DNA of 60,718 nt, the filler included, from Sphacelaria rigidula (Eukaryota): the NCBI GenBank assembly GCA_964200075.2. It is 8 parts of 8 records of this genome, joined end to end, with 100 filler letters (N's around TTAATTAATTAA, not from the genome) between each part and the next. Parts side by side here need not be neighbours in the genome. Positions count along the whole stretch, not along the records: positions 1 to 7,503 come from CAXNAA020014615.1; positions 7,604 to 15,106 come from CAXNAA020014616.1; 6 more parts are not named here. The stretch is one strand, 5' to 3'. The translations under genes and the position numbers were made by a program. Under the pieces are notes generated by a model. That model did not search any database. It was not told the DNA's origin and saw only the letters and a list, made by a program, of their open reading frames with translations. Within the stretch, counting starts at the first letter, position 1, and each line of letters opens with the position of its first letter. Below, in pieces: positions 1 through 11,135 of this stretch.

Positions 1-1363
1 CTTCTCCGGCCCCCCATTTGTGTTGTACCCGCCTGTGAAAGTCTTTCCTTGTTCGTCGATACCTGGCTGGAGGACAGGGAAGCTACCCTCCCTAAGGTTT
101 TGGGAACAGTTTTCATTTGGTGCATGCAGCTGATAAAAATCTAACTCTCTACGTAGGTTTCACAGGTCTTGCGAGTTCGATGCAGTTGGTTACCGTGACC
201 ACTTGGTGACCACGTTCTCCTGACATCGGAATAATTATTACTTATGGGAAGCTATTTCTCCTACTGTAACTACTGCGGTCATGTGGGGGGAAGATGGCTT
301 CGCTAGGTCGCTAGTGTTCCGGGTCTTCCGTGCAAGAGAGAAATGCCACTTCAACCCCATTTTAGAGATCAGCCCCGAATTTTAAAATCGGCTGTTATTT
401 GTTTTCCCGTGTGGATGGGTCATGAGCTATTCATGATGGGTCCGTCGGCTCATGTTTCGAGTGCATTTTCGGAAATCCGATGCGGTTGGCGAGAGTCACT
501 GGCAAAATCGATTTGCTGCAGCTCATAGACGGGAGGCGCTCCATCGGCTTCGTGCAAGAGAATTTGTTATGATCTGCTGCCATCGAGGGTGAGATCATGG
601 AACAGAATCCAGGTTCCCACCACGTTTTGCGAATTTTCTCGGCACGAAAAGGCGGGATATCAGCAGTCATATCACACGCGATGACTTGCGCTTTCAAAAA
701 CAACGACGGAAACTGCGGCGAAATTGTTGAACAGAAACGTGATTTCAAGATATCCACGAGCCCCAAGTCCACACGAATGGTGACATCAACTGCATTTGCG
801 AATTAATTCGGGCACAACCTGGCTAAATCGTATCTTTTACTCGAACCGTACGACTCACACTACTTTGGAGACATCTTGAACGGTGCATTTTTGCACAAAT
901 GCGCGCCTGTGGGCCAGCGCGCAACATTGTCCAACATTTTCCTGCCATTCCAATATGGCAACGGGTGGCAGGAATGTTCCAGCATGCTACACATGTAAAC
1001 GTTTCGTCTCATTATCGGAACCAGCGCAGCGAGACATGTTATGAATAAAACCTCACTCTCAATCGTACTTTCAACGCTCGATTTCACGGAAACATTGTTA
1101 GGTTTGCCGGCAGGATTTTGCACCAATGTGCGGCGTAAGCGTTTTGTCCATTAATGATGCAGACACACCCGGCCGCTGAAAGCCGTGAAAAGCCTGCTCT
1201 CTTTCGTATCGTAGATTCTCAATCTCACGAAAACATTGTCAATTGTGATATACCTGACATGATTCATGAAGAAAAGAAATGATTTCATGATCGACGAGGG
1301 ACAGGGAGTGCTGAACCCATCTCTCGGTGAAAAAGATAAGGCAAGCATCGCAGAAGGGGGAGA

Positions 1364-1820
1364 GAGCAATGCTAGGGTAGGGGTACACAAAATGTTTCTG
1401 GGTAGGTATACCGGATGGAGACTAGAGTAATGCCGCGATAACCCCCTTCCCCCCAAAAAATATATAGGCATGAACTGGGCTGGATCGGAGGTGTGTGCGA
1501 TACTCTGCGACCAAGTATGTGCGGTTCATGAGATATGTCACCGGTTGTAATGCGTTAGAGGACCGCGTGCTTAGAGGACCGCATCAAGGTTCGAAACACC
1601 TCAAGATCGAGGCTTTTCAACACCAATCGAGTTAGTCCCCGCCCCTGATCCTAACCCCAACACTAACCCTAACCCTAACCCTAACCATGGGGATGTTCAA
1701 ACTCCGATGCCGTCCTCTAAGCACGCGGTCCTCTCACGCATTACACCGGTCCAAAAACACAGCGAGGGAGGGCCTCGGACAAGATTTCGCGAAAAAGTGC
1801 ATCCTACCGTAGCATTGCTC
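1364..1820. mobile_element. Sola2-like MITE (GAG termini, 4-bp TSD GAGA), hosting a nested Ginger-like MITE
   Basis: Left end GAGCAATGCTAGGGTAGGGGTACAC; right end reverse complement GAGCAATGCTACGGTAGGATGCAC. GAGA at 1360-1363 and 1821-1824. GRG termini with a non-specific 4-bp TSD is the Sola2 signature. Confidence 0.75.
1546..1745. mobile_element. Ginger-like MITE with 40-bp TIRs, TGT...ACA termini, TSD CCGGT and an internal (CCCTAA)n tract
   Basis: TIRs 1546-1585 and 1706-1745 match at 38/40. CCGGT at 1541-1545 and 1746-1750. CTAACC repeats at about 1651-1686. Confidence 0.75.
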
Positions 1821-1853
1821 GAGAACTCAAACACATAAAAAGGATAAGAACCC

Positions 1854-1929
1854 CTGTGTTGGCCTTCCTCCTGTGTTACCCCGCCGGTGCCCCCACATAT
1901 ATCACAAGATTAAGACTGGCGTGCGGAAT
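1854..1929 (+). mobile_element. 3' fragment of tRNA-derived SINE family B
   Basis: CTGTGTTGGCCTTCCTCCTGTGTTACCCC...CCCACATATA...AGACTGGCGT matches the reverse complement of about 43215-43297. Confidence 0.6.
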
Positions 1930-2133
1930 AGATTGGATGACAACACACACACACAGTCATTCGGCGACACGCGACCCTTACATCAGGGCTTTCGACCGCG
2001 GGTACGGAGTATGTACTTCGAACTAGAATAATACAAAACGGGAGCAGCTGCTGGTTTTGGAGGTGAGCTAACCTTGCCTGCGCTTGCTACAGACAGTGCC
2101 GCGCAAATTCGTGCGCCGGCCATAAAGCATGTA

Positions 2134-2168
<35 letters not shown>
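2134..2168. repeat. (TG)n(AG)n compound microsatellite
   Basis: Seen directly in the sequence. Confidence 0.9.
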
Positions 2169-2560
2169 AAAGAGAGAATGAAGGAGGGACATACAGACAG
2201 AGAGACTGACAGAAAAATATCGTACTAGCTGCGCAGCTTTCTCGATCCCGGTGGAGGCGGCGCAATGAGCCCGAGACTGTCCTGAGTGTAAAGTGCGTAC
2301 GACGTCGGTCACATGTGCAGTTAGTTCCTCCGGGTCTGTCGATCAGGAGCAGAGGTGACGTGTCGCTACATGCGTGGTTCCAGATACTGTGGTTCCTGTG
2401 CGAAAGAACTATTGTGATCACAGCAAAAGATGCGAGAACAACACCGCACCACCTGCCCACATGCCATAAATTTCCGAGAATTATCTTCATCCTACCAAGC
2501 GGTAAATATTACTGCCAAATGGTCGCGTGTGTAGTGATTGTGGCTTTTGGGTTTCAAGTG

Positions 2561-2908
2561 ATTCCGATTGGTTGTGAGTTGATGCCAGGTTATAGCCTCC
2601 CCCAAAATACTCGGGGAAAATCTGCTAAAGAAGCGAAAGAGACACGATACTGTAGTCAGACCAGCGCCGTATCAAACACCCATAGACGGTCAACGACTCC
2701 ATCTTGAGCAACGTTTGTTGCACAAACATGGCCAGCCCTCTTCCAATGCCAAATAGATTGCCGTGAACCAACGAGCACTGTGCATGGATGAGCAAGAGAT
2801 AGTACCAGGTGTGCTGCACTTGTGCCGTGGCGGATGTCTGTGCGTGTCTGCTCGAGCTGTGCTGTGACGCGGTGTAACGTGGTTCAGTCGTGTGTGTTTC
2901 AATGACCC
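2561..2908 (+). repeat. Dispersed repeat, copy 1 (uninterrupted; holds the empty site for the MULE-like insertion)
   Basis: Aligns with 4338-4399 plus 4906-5183; shared blocks include TTGTTGCACAAACATGGCCAGCCC and GATTGCCGTGAACCAACGAGCACTGTGCATGGAT. Confidence 0.85.
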
Positions 2909-4133
2909 CCGTTGAGCACTGTGAACAAACGAGCGCCCAGTGCGGAAAGAATCACCTCTCGTCCCAGAAAGCCAGTTTTGTGAATCTTCGTTCTGACCGA
3001 AGGTGGTTCGATTTGACCGCAGGAGGTTTTCGTGCGCAGGCAAACTGTAGAGCTTTGTTCCTTTTCCTGCTTCTTATTTTTTTCGATGCGGGTAGTCCAG
3101 ACACTTTTTCCAAGTGAAATTGATGCCGATCCAGCAGGCGACCTACCCTAATCACGGTCAAAGGGGTAATTATACCTCATCCAGCCATCTATATTGAATA
3201 CTTCCTCACTACTCGAGCCAAGGATATACTTTACCGTACTTACAGTGATCGCTATCGCGTTTACGAACTGTTTCTGCTGTGATGGCGATAACAATACTTC
3301 GATACGATGTCATGTAGGCACTTTCGATATCGATACGATATCCAACACTAGCGGTAAAAAAAGACCCCTCGGTGACGGGAAAAACGGAACAGATTCAGGG
3401 GCCCCCAAAGCAACCATAATTTCTTGTATTCCCGTCAACCATTTTTCACGACCGCCGGTACCCTCTACTTCAGAGGAGACGGAGCACTGTGAACAAACGA
3501 GCGCCCAACCGCAAAACACATCAGCGTGTCTGACACAAGACCAAACAAAAAAATACTTGGAAGAAAAGCTGTCGGCGGTACCAGCCGCGCATGATCAACT
3601 GAAGAGTATTTGATCTCCAGGCCGAGCATCATAGCACTAGAACGGATCAGGTGAGCTTAGAAACAACGCGAGGTGAAATTCGGCTGCGGGCACACTAAAA
3701 GCAGAGGGCCTGCCAGGGCCAGCTGGCCATATTTTGGGGATGAGAGCTGATATAGGCATTGGCCATGGAACCGAAGTCCTCCGCATCGAGGGCCGGCAGG
3801 CATTGAGGTGTAGGGTGTATTGATCATCGCCGGTTGGACAGAGAAGTTGAGTCGGGGACTCTGTACATGGGGTTCGTGAGGAGCAGTGTGGTGGGCTCCA
3901 GGACTCTGCGGAGCAATTTCCGATTTTGAAGATCGACGCTGGTTTCGATATTATTGTACGGGCGTAGACGGGGGTCCACGGTCGCCTTGCTTACCTGCGG
4001 TCACAGACAACCCGCCCCACTACTGGCACGTTAGGAACCCCCCCCCCCTTAACGAGTAGCAACCAAAACGACCGAAATATGGCTAAAGGATGGGTCGGTT
4101 TGACGCAAAACGCCATGCATGGTCGTACTCGTG

Positions 4134-4330
4134 TGTAACGCACGGGAGAATCGCATGCTTGTTGGACCGCATACTAGTAGAAGTTCGAAACATCCCAGAA
4201 TCGGCGTTTTTCGACACCAGTCGGGCCAGTCTCCACGGGGACCGCCCCCCAGACCCTAACCCCGACACTGACCCTAACCTTAACCTTAACCCTAACCGTT
4301 ACTATATGGGGGTTTGAACTCCGGAGCTGT
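4134..4330. mobile_element. Diverged, right-truncated second copy of the Ginger-like telomere-repeat MITE
   Basis: TGTAACGC...GGACCGCAT...GTTCGAAACA...ACACCA.TCG...CCTAACC repeats...GAACTCCG is collinear with 1546-1710. Confidence 0.65.
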
Positions 4331-4337
4331 TCAAAAA

Positions 4338-5183
4338 TTCCGATTGGATGTGAGTCAATGCCAGATTCTCGTTTCCCCCGAAAAACTCGGGGAAAATCCT
4401 AGGGTCTGTCGAGGGAATATCTTCGGACACGCCTCCCCCCCTCCCGTAGGACAACTTTTCGAAAATTGTCATGATTGTGAAAATTGTCTGGTGATTTTTC
4501 TTTGTGATTCTTTTAGCTTTTTTTGTAGAAATTGTTGAAAGAAATTGATCAACAAATACTGACAAAAACAATGAATCTCGCGGACTTTGAGCGGTTCGTA
4601 TATTTACTTCTGCTCCTTGCCCGGATTACAAGTGGTAAGTAGTCGAGGCACACGACACGGAACATGATCCCATATCTGTAATCATGGTGGGTGATGGGCT
4701 TGGAGGGGTGGTGTGTCCGAAATCTCAGCTGCCTCCATGCCAAGGATCTCTACACGCGGCAGCTGACCGCATCCGCGAACGCCTCGGCAATAAACTAGGG
4801 GACAGCAGGCTGGGTGTTCCCCCCCCTCCCCCTCAAGAACTCGAACCTTCGATCTTGGCGCCTACGTGTTCCGAAATATATTTTTGATAGACCCTTGAAA
4901 AATCTTTTGAAAAAACGACAAAACGAAAGAGACACGATGACCGGCGCCGTATCAAACACCCACAAACGCTCAACGACTCCATCTTGAGTAATGCTTGTTG
5001 CACAAACATGGCCAGCCCAATTCCAATGTCAAACAGATTGCCGTGAACCAACGAGCACTGTGCATGGATACGCGAAAGCTAGCACCAGATGTGCTGCACT
5101 TGTGCCGTGGCAGATGTCTGTGCGTGTCTGCTCGAGCTGTGCTGTGACGGTGTAACTTGGTTCAGTCGTGTGTTTGAATGACC
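4338..5183 (+). repeat. Dispersed repeat, copy 2, split by a MULE-like insertion
   Basis: Both flanks of 4400-4896 align to the contiguous copy at 2561-2908. Confidence 0.8.
4400..4896. mobile_element. Mutator (MULE)-like MITE, ~30-bp imperfect TIRs, 9-bp TSD
   Basis: Left AGGGTCTGTCGAGGGAATATCTTCGGACACG; right reverse complement AGGGTCTATCAAAAATATATTTCGGAACACG. Flanks GGAAAATCC (4391-4399) and GAAAAATCT (4897-4905) are each one mismatch from the empty-site GGAAAATCT at 2615-2623. Confidence 0.7.
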
Positions 5184-5603
5184 AAGGGCTGTTCACCAAA
5201 TGGTCGGAAAAAAATGGTTGACATGACACGAATAATGAGGTCCCGACAGCAGACGTCGGCATAGTTGTCCAACCATATGATGATGAAACGATTGGATGGC
5301 TTTTTCGTGTCTAGCAATCGACTCCTGGTGGCAACAGGCCGATCATTGCGCAGGTACGACGGTACCGCTATGGTGGGGAGTGCAATGAGTTGGTTCCTAA
5401 CCAAAACAAAGATAAACTATAACGAGAATTTTGATAATGATACAGTACACCGCACCGCGGCAGGGTCCCTGCGTTCGCTAGTGCGACTCCACCCATGTTG
5501 TCCGGCATGGTATGTTTGCACACGCACAAAATGCCTTGCACACGCACCCAGGTTTTTTATCGCGACCGTAAAGCCACCGCAGTTTGAAAAGATCACTCGG
5601 ACC

Positions 5604-5733
5604 TGTGACGGTTAAAAGAGATAACCAACTAGACTACTGACCAGTCAGCGCTTACTGGTCAGTAGTCTAGTTGGTTATCTCAGTCAGCGCTGACTGGTCA
5701 GTAGGCTGGTTGGTTGTCCCTCAAACCGTCACA
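5604..5733. repeat. Fold-back element: near-perfect 64-bp palindrome plus a duplicated arm, TGT...ACA ends
   Basis: 5618-5681 has a 28-bp perfect stem (GAGATAACCAACTAGACTACTGACCAGT and its reverse complement). The right arm repeats at 5681-5733 and the terminus recurs at 6045-6071. Confidence 0.85.
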
Positions 5734-6491
5734 AAAGTCAGTCGCTGGTTCGACTCCCGTCGGACGCACTTTCTTTGAAGAAAAAAGAGGAGAGAAAACC
5801 TCTGTGAACAAATTGGCCCAAAAAGAAAGAAGAGTGGGGTATAGCCTGGTGGCTATGTTTGGAGTTGACTGCTAGGGACCCTAGTGCACACACTCTGGAA
5901 ACGAGTGGGGGAGACGAGTAACTCAAAGTCACGGTGCGACGTGACATCACTAGAAGAGCCTGAAGGTAGTCGATAGAGCGCTGACAAGAGGACTCGCCCT
6001 CCTCGGAGTGAAAGGGACGGGGAGCGGACCCCGCGTCTGTCTGTTGTGACGGTTTGAAGAGATAACCAACTGGGGCGTGCGTAGGTTAATATCACGGACA
6101 TGTCCAAGATCAATGGTGGTTTCGCGATTTTCACATTGTTTGGCCCATTTTTCGCGATTTTTCGTGTTCCCGGGTCTATCATGCTTTCCTGGGAAAACGA
6201 GCGAAAACTGACCGTTTCTGGACCGACCTACTTTTTCTCGGCCGCGCGGCTGTATGGTTCAAGCCCGAGCTGCAGATTTTAAACACATTTTTTTGTTCCA
6301 AAAAACACCGTAGAATTCACATTAACAAAAAAAACGATCGGACATCATTGAGGGCCCGTACAAATCTAGGTAGCTTTACTTATGGGACAGAGGAAGTAGT
6401 ACAGTACCACTACAACAGCCGTACACAAGCACCTACTGTATGTTACTGCCTTCACATTAGGCCTTCTGTTCGGACCCGTGGCCAAACGCCA

Positions 6492-6738
6492 GAGTCATGC
6501 TACGATAGGGGGTGTGGGTGTTCGATTCCACGAACAAATTGGCTCATAGGTGCGTCAGATGACCCCGCACACTCGCCGCTTGTATTTGGATAAAAGCGAT
6601 GTCAAACAGTATAAATGAGCGTTATAAATCGGAAGCAAGCGCGTTCGAACTACCGTTGCTGCTATCAACGACGATTGTAAGTAGAACTTCGTGGAAGAAA
6701 GCGGCCCAGAATACCCCCCCCCTATCGTAGCGTGACTC
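6492..6738. mobile_element. Sola2-like MITE (TSD GCCA)
   Basis: TIR GAGTCATGCTACGATAGGGGG versus CCCCCTATCGTAGCGTGACTC (20/21). GCCA at 6488-6491 and 6739-6742. Internal sequence recurs inverted at about 55775-55960. Confidence 0.8.
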
Positions 6739-7375
6739 GCCAGTTTCGCGGGCAGCGAAATCGCCTCACTTGTGTGGTGCTGACGCACAGACAAGCCGTG
6801 GATAGTGAAGTCATTGACACATTGTGCGTACTGGCAAAGAAACGGGGAAAAGAAGACTCACTCGGCGTATTTTCATCACTACCGATCGAAGGGGAGATCC
6901 CGATATACTTCAGTACCCTAGCACACAATACAGTACCGTACAGGTGACAGGATGTTTTTCTTAGTTCGACGGTTGCAGGGTCAGGAAGCACCTGCTCGCA
7001 CACTCAAATTCATGGCCGATTAGTACAAAACAGTGCAGTACAGTACCGCTACAGACAGTCAGTCGTGATTACACGCGAGTACGTGTTTTCACATCAGCCG
7101 TTTCATTCAGACCCGCGGCCGAATGGTAAATCCGAAGGCAGCAAAAACTCGTCATTTTTTAGCTGCTCACGTACAACAGGTGGGTCGTGGGCGGTGAACG
7201 TATTGCTCTGTTGTGCGTACCGTTCAAGGAACAGGAAAAGGAACTTTTATTCAAGGTACTTCCCCATTATCGAGAGGCGGGGGTGTGCTGGGTACCGGCC
7301 TGAAGTTGACAAAGTCCCTTCCTTGAAAGTATTGGTTTGATAGATTTATCACACAATAACAAATTGTGCGAATTG

Positions 7376-7480
7376 AGGTTTAACTTTGAGATGAGGTTCA
7401 AGCCCGGAACAGTGCTTTCCTCACACTTTCAGCGGTGGTGCCCAATGACGTTTTTGTCGGCCTAATGTCCCCCGATCGCG
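7376..7480 (+). repeat. Unclassified dispersed repeat (also at about 38340-38444)
   Basis: ATGAGGTTCAAGCCC..AACAGTGCTTTCC.CACACTT.CAG....GTGCCCAATGACGTT.TTGTCGGCCTAATG occurs in both contigs. Confidence 0.8.
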
Positions 7481-7503
7481 GCGCTACTTTTTTTGTGCCG
7501 TTG

Positions 7504-7603
7504 NNNNNNNNNNNNNNNNNNNNNNNNNNNNNNNNNNNNNNNNNNNNTTAATTAATTAANNNNNNNNNNNNNNNNNNNNNNNNNNNNNNNNNNNNNNNNN
7601 NNN
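7504..7603. other. Artificial contig linker N44-TTAATTAATTAA-N44
   Basis: Identical 100-nt spacer with stop codons in all six frames. Confidence 0.98.
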
Positions 7604-7659
7604 ATGCGAGGTCAATGGTCTGATGACTATGGCATGCATGATCATGAGTACCCCCCCCC
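7604..7659 (+). mobile_element. Non-LTR retroelement 3' end, family F2, poly(C) tail
   Basis: ATGCGAGGTCAATGGTCTGATGACTATGGCATGCATGATCATGAGTAC followed by a C run; same as 22635-22708, 37140-37246 and 48285-48406. Confidence 0.65.
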
Positions 7660-8432
7660 ATCCCCGGATGATGCCTGTTTCGCCAGCTCGACAAGTCAGG
7701 GAAAATGGACCCTTCAATTGCCCAGTATATATCCTTTATCAATATGTCCCCTCAAACTTTTTATAACATGTACATTCACTTACATCGCTTTCAGCGGTGT
7801 AGCCGCAAGAAGCAGGTTGGCCGGGCAATTTACCGGGGCAACTGAGTTTGAAATTCTCATCACACGTGGGTAATGTACATATAGTCCGTCACCTCATGTA
7901 GGGTAGTACTTCGCCTATGCAGCCCCTTTGACCATGTTTTTTTCAGGAGGTCGGCCTGAAAAGTGTCCAGGTATGGAAACGTTTGACGCACGGGTGTGAG
8001 ACCGCGAGCCACGGGTAGGGCTGTGCAGTAGGATCCCCGATTCAGTACGGTATAGCGTGGGCTTGTTTCGACCGCGTTGAGGTGGAACGCCGCGTTGATC
8101 TATTGCTGTGCATATTCTCGATTACGCAGCTTGTTATCGTAGTCAGGTAGAGAGCCCGCACTACAAGGTATCACCCTTCAACAAGACCCCGTAACTCCGA
8201 AACTGTGAACTGTCGAGCGGTAACTGTCACTGTTTTTGTTTTCGTTGTATGGCCTGACCTGTTGCGCTGTGTTGATCGTCGCTGCACGCAATTGTGAGTG
8301 CTCACGTGCTGGAAGCAGTGAGTACCGTGGAAGCAAAATTATTGCGTGGAGCTATCTGACGCAGGTCCACACACATCAACAAGGGCACAACGAAATGAAC
8401 CATTCAACCCACCAACCGATGGTTGTTGTACT

Positions 8433-8709
8433 AAGTGATGCTTCTGTAGGGGTTGCAATCTTGTAGCGAAAATGTTTCTCGGGGCTGCACGGGGTGTTGA
8501 ACGGGTCATTTTGTGGATCGGCATCATTTGTACTTGAAAAGGATGGAAAATAATGCCGATTCTCGAAAAGGGCCCTGAGCGGAAACACCATGTTTGTGAG
8601 AGTTCGGTCCCCCGAGATGAGGGTTACACGGTAAGCCCCATACATTTTCGCTCCTACAAGAAGGAGAACCCCAGAAACGAAAAGTGCAACCCCTACCGTA
8701 GCGTTGCTC
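8433..8709. mobile_element. Sola2-like MITE (TSD TACT), in the intron upstream of the first visible BTB exon
   Basis: Left AAGTGATGCTTCTGTAGGGGTTGCA; right reverse complement GAGCAACGCTACGGTAGGGGTTGCAC. TACT at 8429-8432 and 8710-8713. Confidence 0.7.
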
Positions 8710-8830
8710 TACTGTTACGCGTAAGTTGTGCCGTGCGCTTTCAAAAGTACTACAGGCACAGCACTCACACTCTGTGTACTTCCCAACTTTTTTTTTTTTC
8801 ATCGTTTGACGTGCGTGCGGCTTGTCATAG

Positions 8831-11135
8831 GCATGAGGGAGACCTTCGCGACGGAGGCGTTGGTGAAGGACATCCGCGCCCCCGTGTTCTCGGCATTGTT
8901 GACGTACCTCTACACCGACACGCTGCAGCTGGAAAGGCCGGAAGATATCATGGAACTCCTCGTTGTCGCAAATCAGGTACTGTACAGTAAGTTGGCCGGC
9001 CCTCTGTAAGGTGCCCCAATTCACGGTGTTGGTATCCTTAGGTATGATATTGCTGGATACAAGACGACTGTTGGGCGACGACTTGCTTCATGGTTTGTCA
9101 TGTGCGGGCTTCATCATGCATCCCTATGATGCCTACTTTTTCACTATTCAAGGGTACCGTTCTTCGTTTTGTCACCAGGTTACATCGTATAGAGCCACAT
9201 TATATGTACACTTTTGTCTCACACATACAGGGTGTGTCCCGTGTGATATGAACGTATAGCCGAAGTGTACGTGACGATTTGCGAGATGAACATAATCGAA
9301 GCAAGCGTACGAATGCCCCCCGTGTAGGCTTAGCTGTTACCCAACGCGATACATTCAGCATGAAATACGTCGATGAAGGAAGAGTGGTGGTTGCGTCTCA
9401 AACACAGGGGGTTTGGGTCAGGGTTGAGTGAATATACGCAGTTTTTTTTCTTTCGAACAGAGATTTAAGCCGGGTACACCGCCGTCCGCTGTCGCACTGT
9501 CGCACTGTCGCAGTACACGCTCAACGAGCTGGTGTCATTGTGTGAGGGTTTCCTTCAGGGAGTGCTGGACACCGAAAACGCTGCACACCTCTACCACTAT
9601 GCGGACGCGCTTGGCATGCACACGTTTGAGCACAGGTTGCTAACGTTTGTGATCCAGCACTGGGGCAAAATATCCAGGTACTATGATAGAACCATTTTGC
9701 TTGAAGAACTCATGCACTCGTCTGAGCACAGTAGGGTGTGCCAACTTTCGCCTGATCAGTGCCGGGGCAAAATACCCAGGTGGGCGGGGGAAGATGGGGC
9801 ACGTGTTTGATTTCTTCTCGAGCCCTCCCCCTTCTGTTTTTGGATGGGGAGCAAGATGACTTTTTCTGTTGACAATTGTTTTTCAGCTTGTATGACTCAA
9901 AAATCGATATTTGAGGTTTGAAAAATTCGTTCGCCTAAGATCTAGAACAGCGCGCAGCGGCGTCCCTTACAGAGAGCTGAAGCACCGGCTAGCAAGTATG
10001 ATAGCACCGGATGGTACCGTACGGCCAAAAATTTCAGCCCGATCATTTTGCTTCTTCGGGATAGTAACGCGTTTTTTTCCCGGTATTGTGGATAATAGTA
10101 CAGTAACATGCGCCGTTCCCGCCCTGTTGGATAGGGGGAGGTGCTGAAGAAGCAGGGGGAACCGGGAATAAGTCACCGTTTTGTTTGGCACCTCCTCTCC
10201 ACTTCTTCAATTCCGAAGATTTTATGTTGAGCATTCATGACCGAAATGTTGAAGATTGTCGACCCATGAGCATACAGTAACTCGTACGTTCAATTTTTTA
10301 TTGGAAATGTTTAATGTTGGGGCTGTTCGCCTCCGCACTTCTGTCACGAACCCTAACCCGCCGAGCGTATCCCATCACAAGAATACTACTACTCCAGGTG
10401 CTGATGTCTCTTTGGCCATTGAGTAATGTATGCTTCGCACACCATGGACAACTAATAACATGGGCAAAAAGTGTACTGCTGACAGTATCGAATCTTATGT
10501 ATATTTGCGATAGACGATAGATTCAATAATGTACACGCCACACCCGATGTCAATGCTGTTCATCATCCAGGGCGTAATTAATGCCTTGGTTTAACTGCAT
10601 TCTGCGAGTTCGAGCGGGCGATGTTTCCCGCGGGATCTGGTTCGTACGCTACTCAACAAACATACTGGTACAAGACTCGTAGAAAAACGCCCACTAAGTA
10701 ACACTCGCTTCACCTGCGAGCGTAGGACCAAGTGCTCTCGAAATCTATCTCACAGCGTACAACGTACTTTGGGTCACGGAAATCCTCAAGAGTGTGGGGT
10801 AGTATATTTTCCAGCGAGGCACTGTCTGCCCATGACAACGTTTGTGGCGTGCTTGATACTGATCTTTGTGCGCGAATGCTTTCGCTGCGGTAAGTTATCC
10901 CGAGTGCTTCGCGAGTCAAAGAAGCGGGTCACGATACTGTAACCAAGGTACTTTACGGGCCTTTTGAAGTTCTTGTTTCGTTTCGTTCCCACTGCTGTGC
11001 GTTTGTTGTGACCTGACCCGCTCGTACGACACCGATTGCAGTCTGGAAGACTGGAAGCTCCTTCCTGAAGAACTAAAAGAGAGGGCCAATACGTTTAGAA
11101 CCACTCGCGTACACCTCTTCATGCTGGGGCAGCAG
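8831..11135 (+). CDS. BTB/POZ + BACK domain protein, partial; exons 8831-8976, 9514-9677, 11042-11135 (possible last exon 11294-11344)
   Basis: All introns are GT-AG and phase-compatible. Joined translation: GMRETFATEALVKDIRAPVFSALLTYLYTDTLQLERPEDIMELLVVANQ|YTLNELVSLCEGFLQGVLDTENAAHLYHYADALGMHTFEHRLLTFVIQHWGKIS(S)|LEDWKLLPEELKER, a typical BTB C-terminal half followed by BACK. The 5' exons were not identified. Confidence 0.9.

Noticed and set aside
1651-1686. (CCCTAA)n as a true telomere
   Set aside because: Short, degenerate, internal and enclosed by TIRs with a TSD. The tract at about 4254-4297 is the same element, and the one near 25522-25547 is too short.
3190-3350. hAT-like MITE ending ...CGATATCGATACGATATCCAACACTA
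   Set aside because: The right end looks hAT-like, but the left TIR is poor and no 8-bp TSD was found.
7617-7630. Hammerhead ribozyme core CTGATGA in an F2 copy
   Set aside because: Other copies read CTTATGA or CTTGTGA, and there is no matching GAAA core; it is a chance loop variant.
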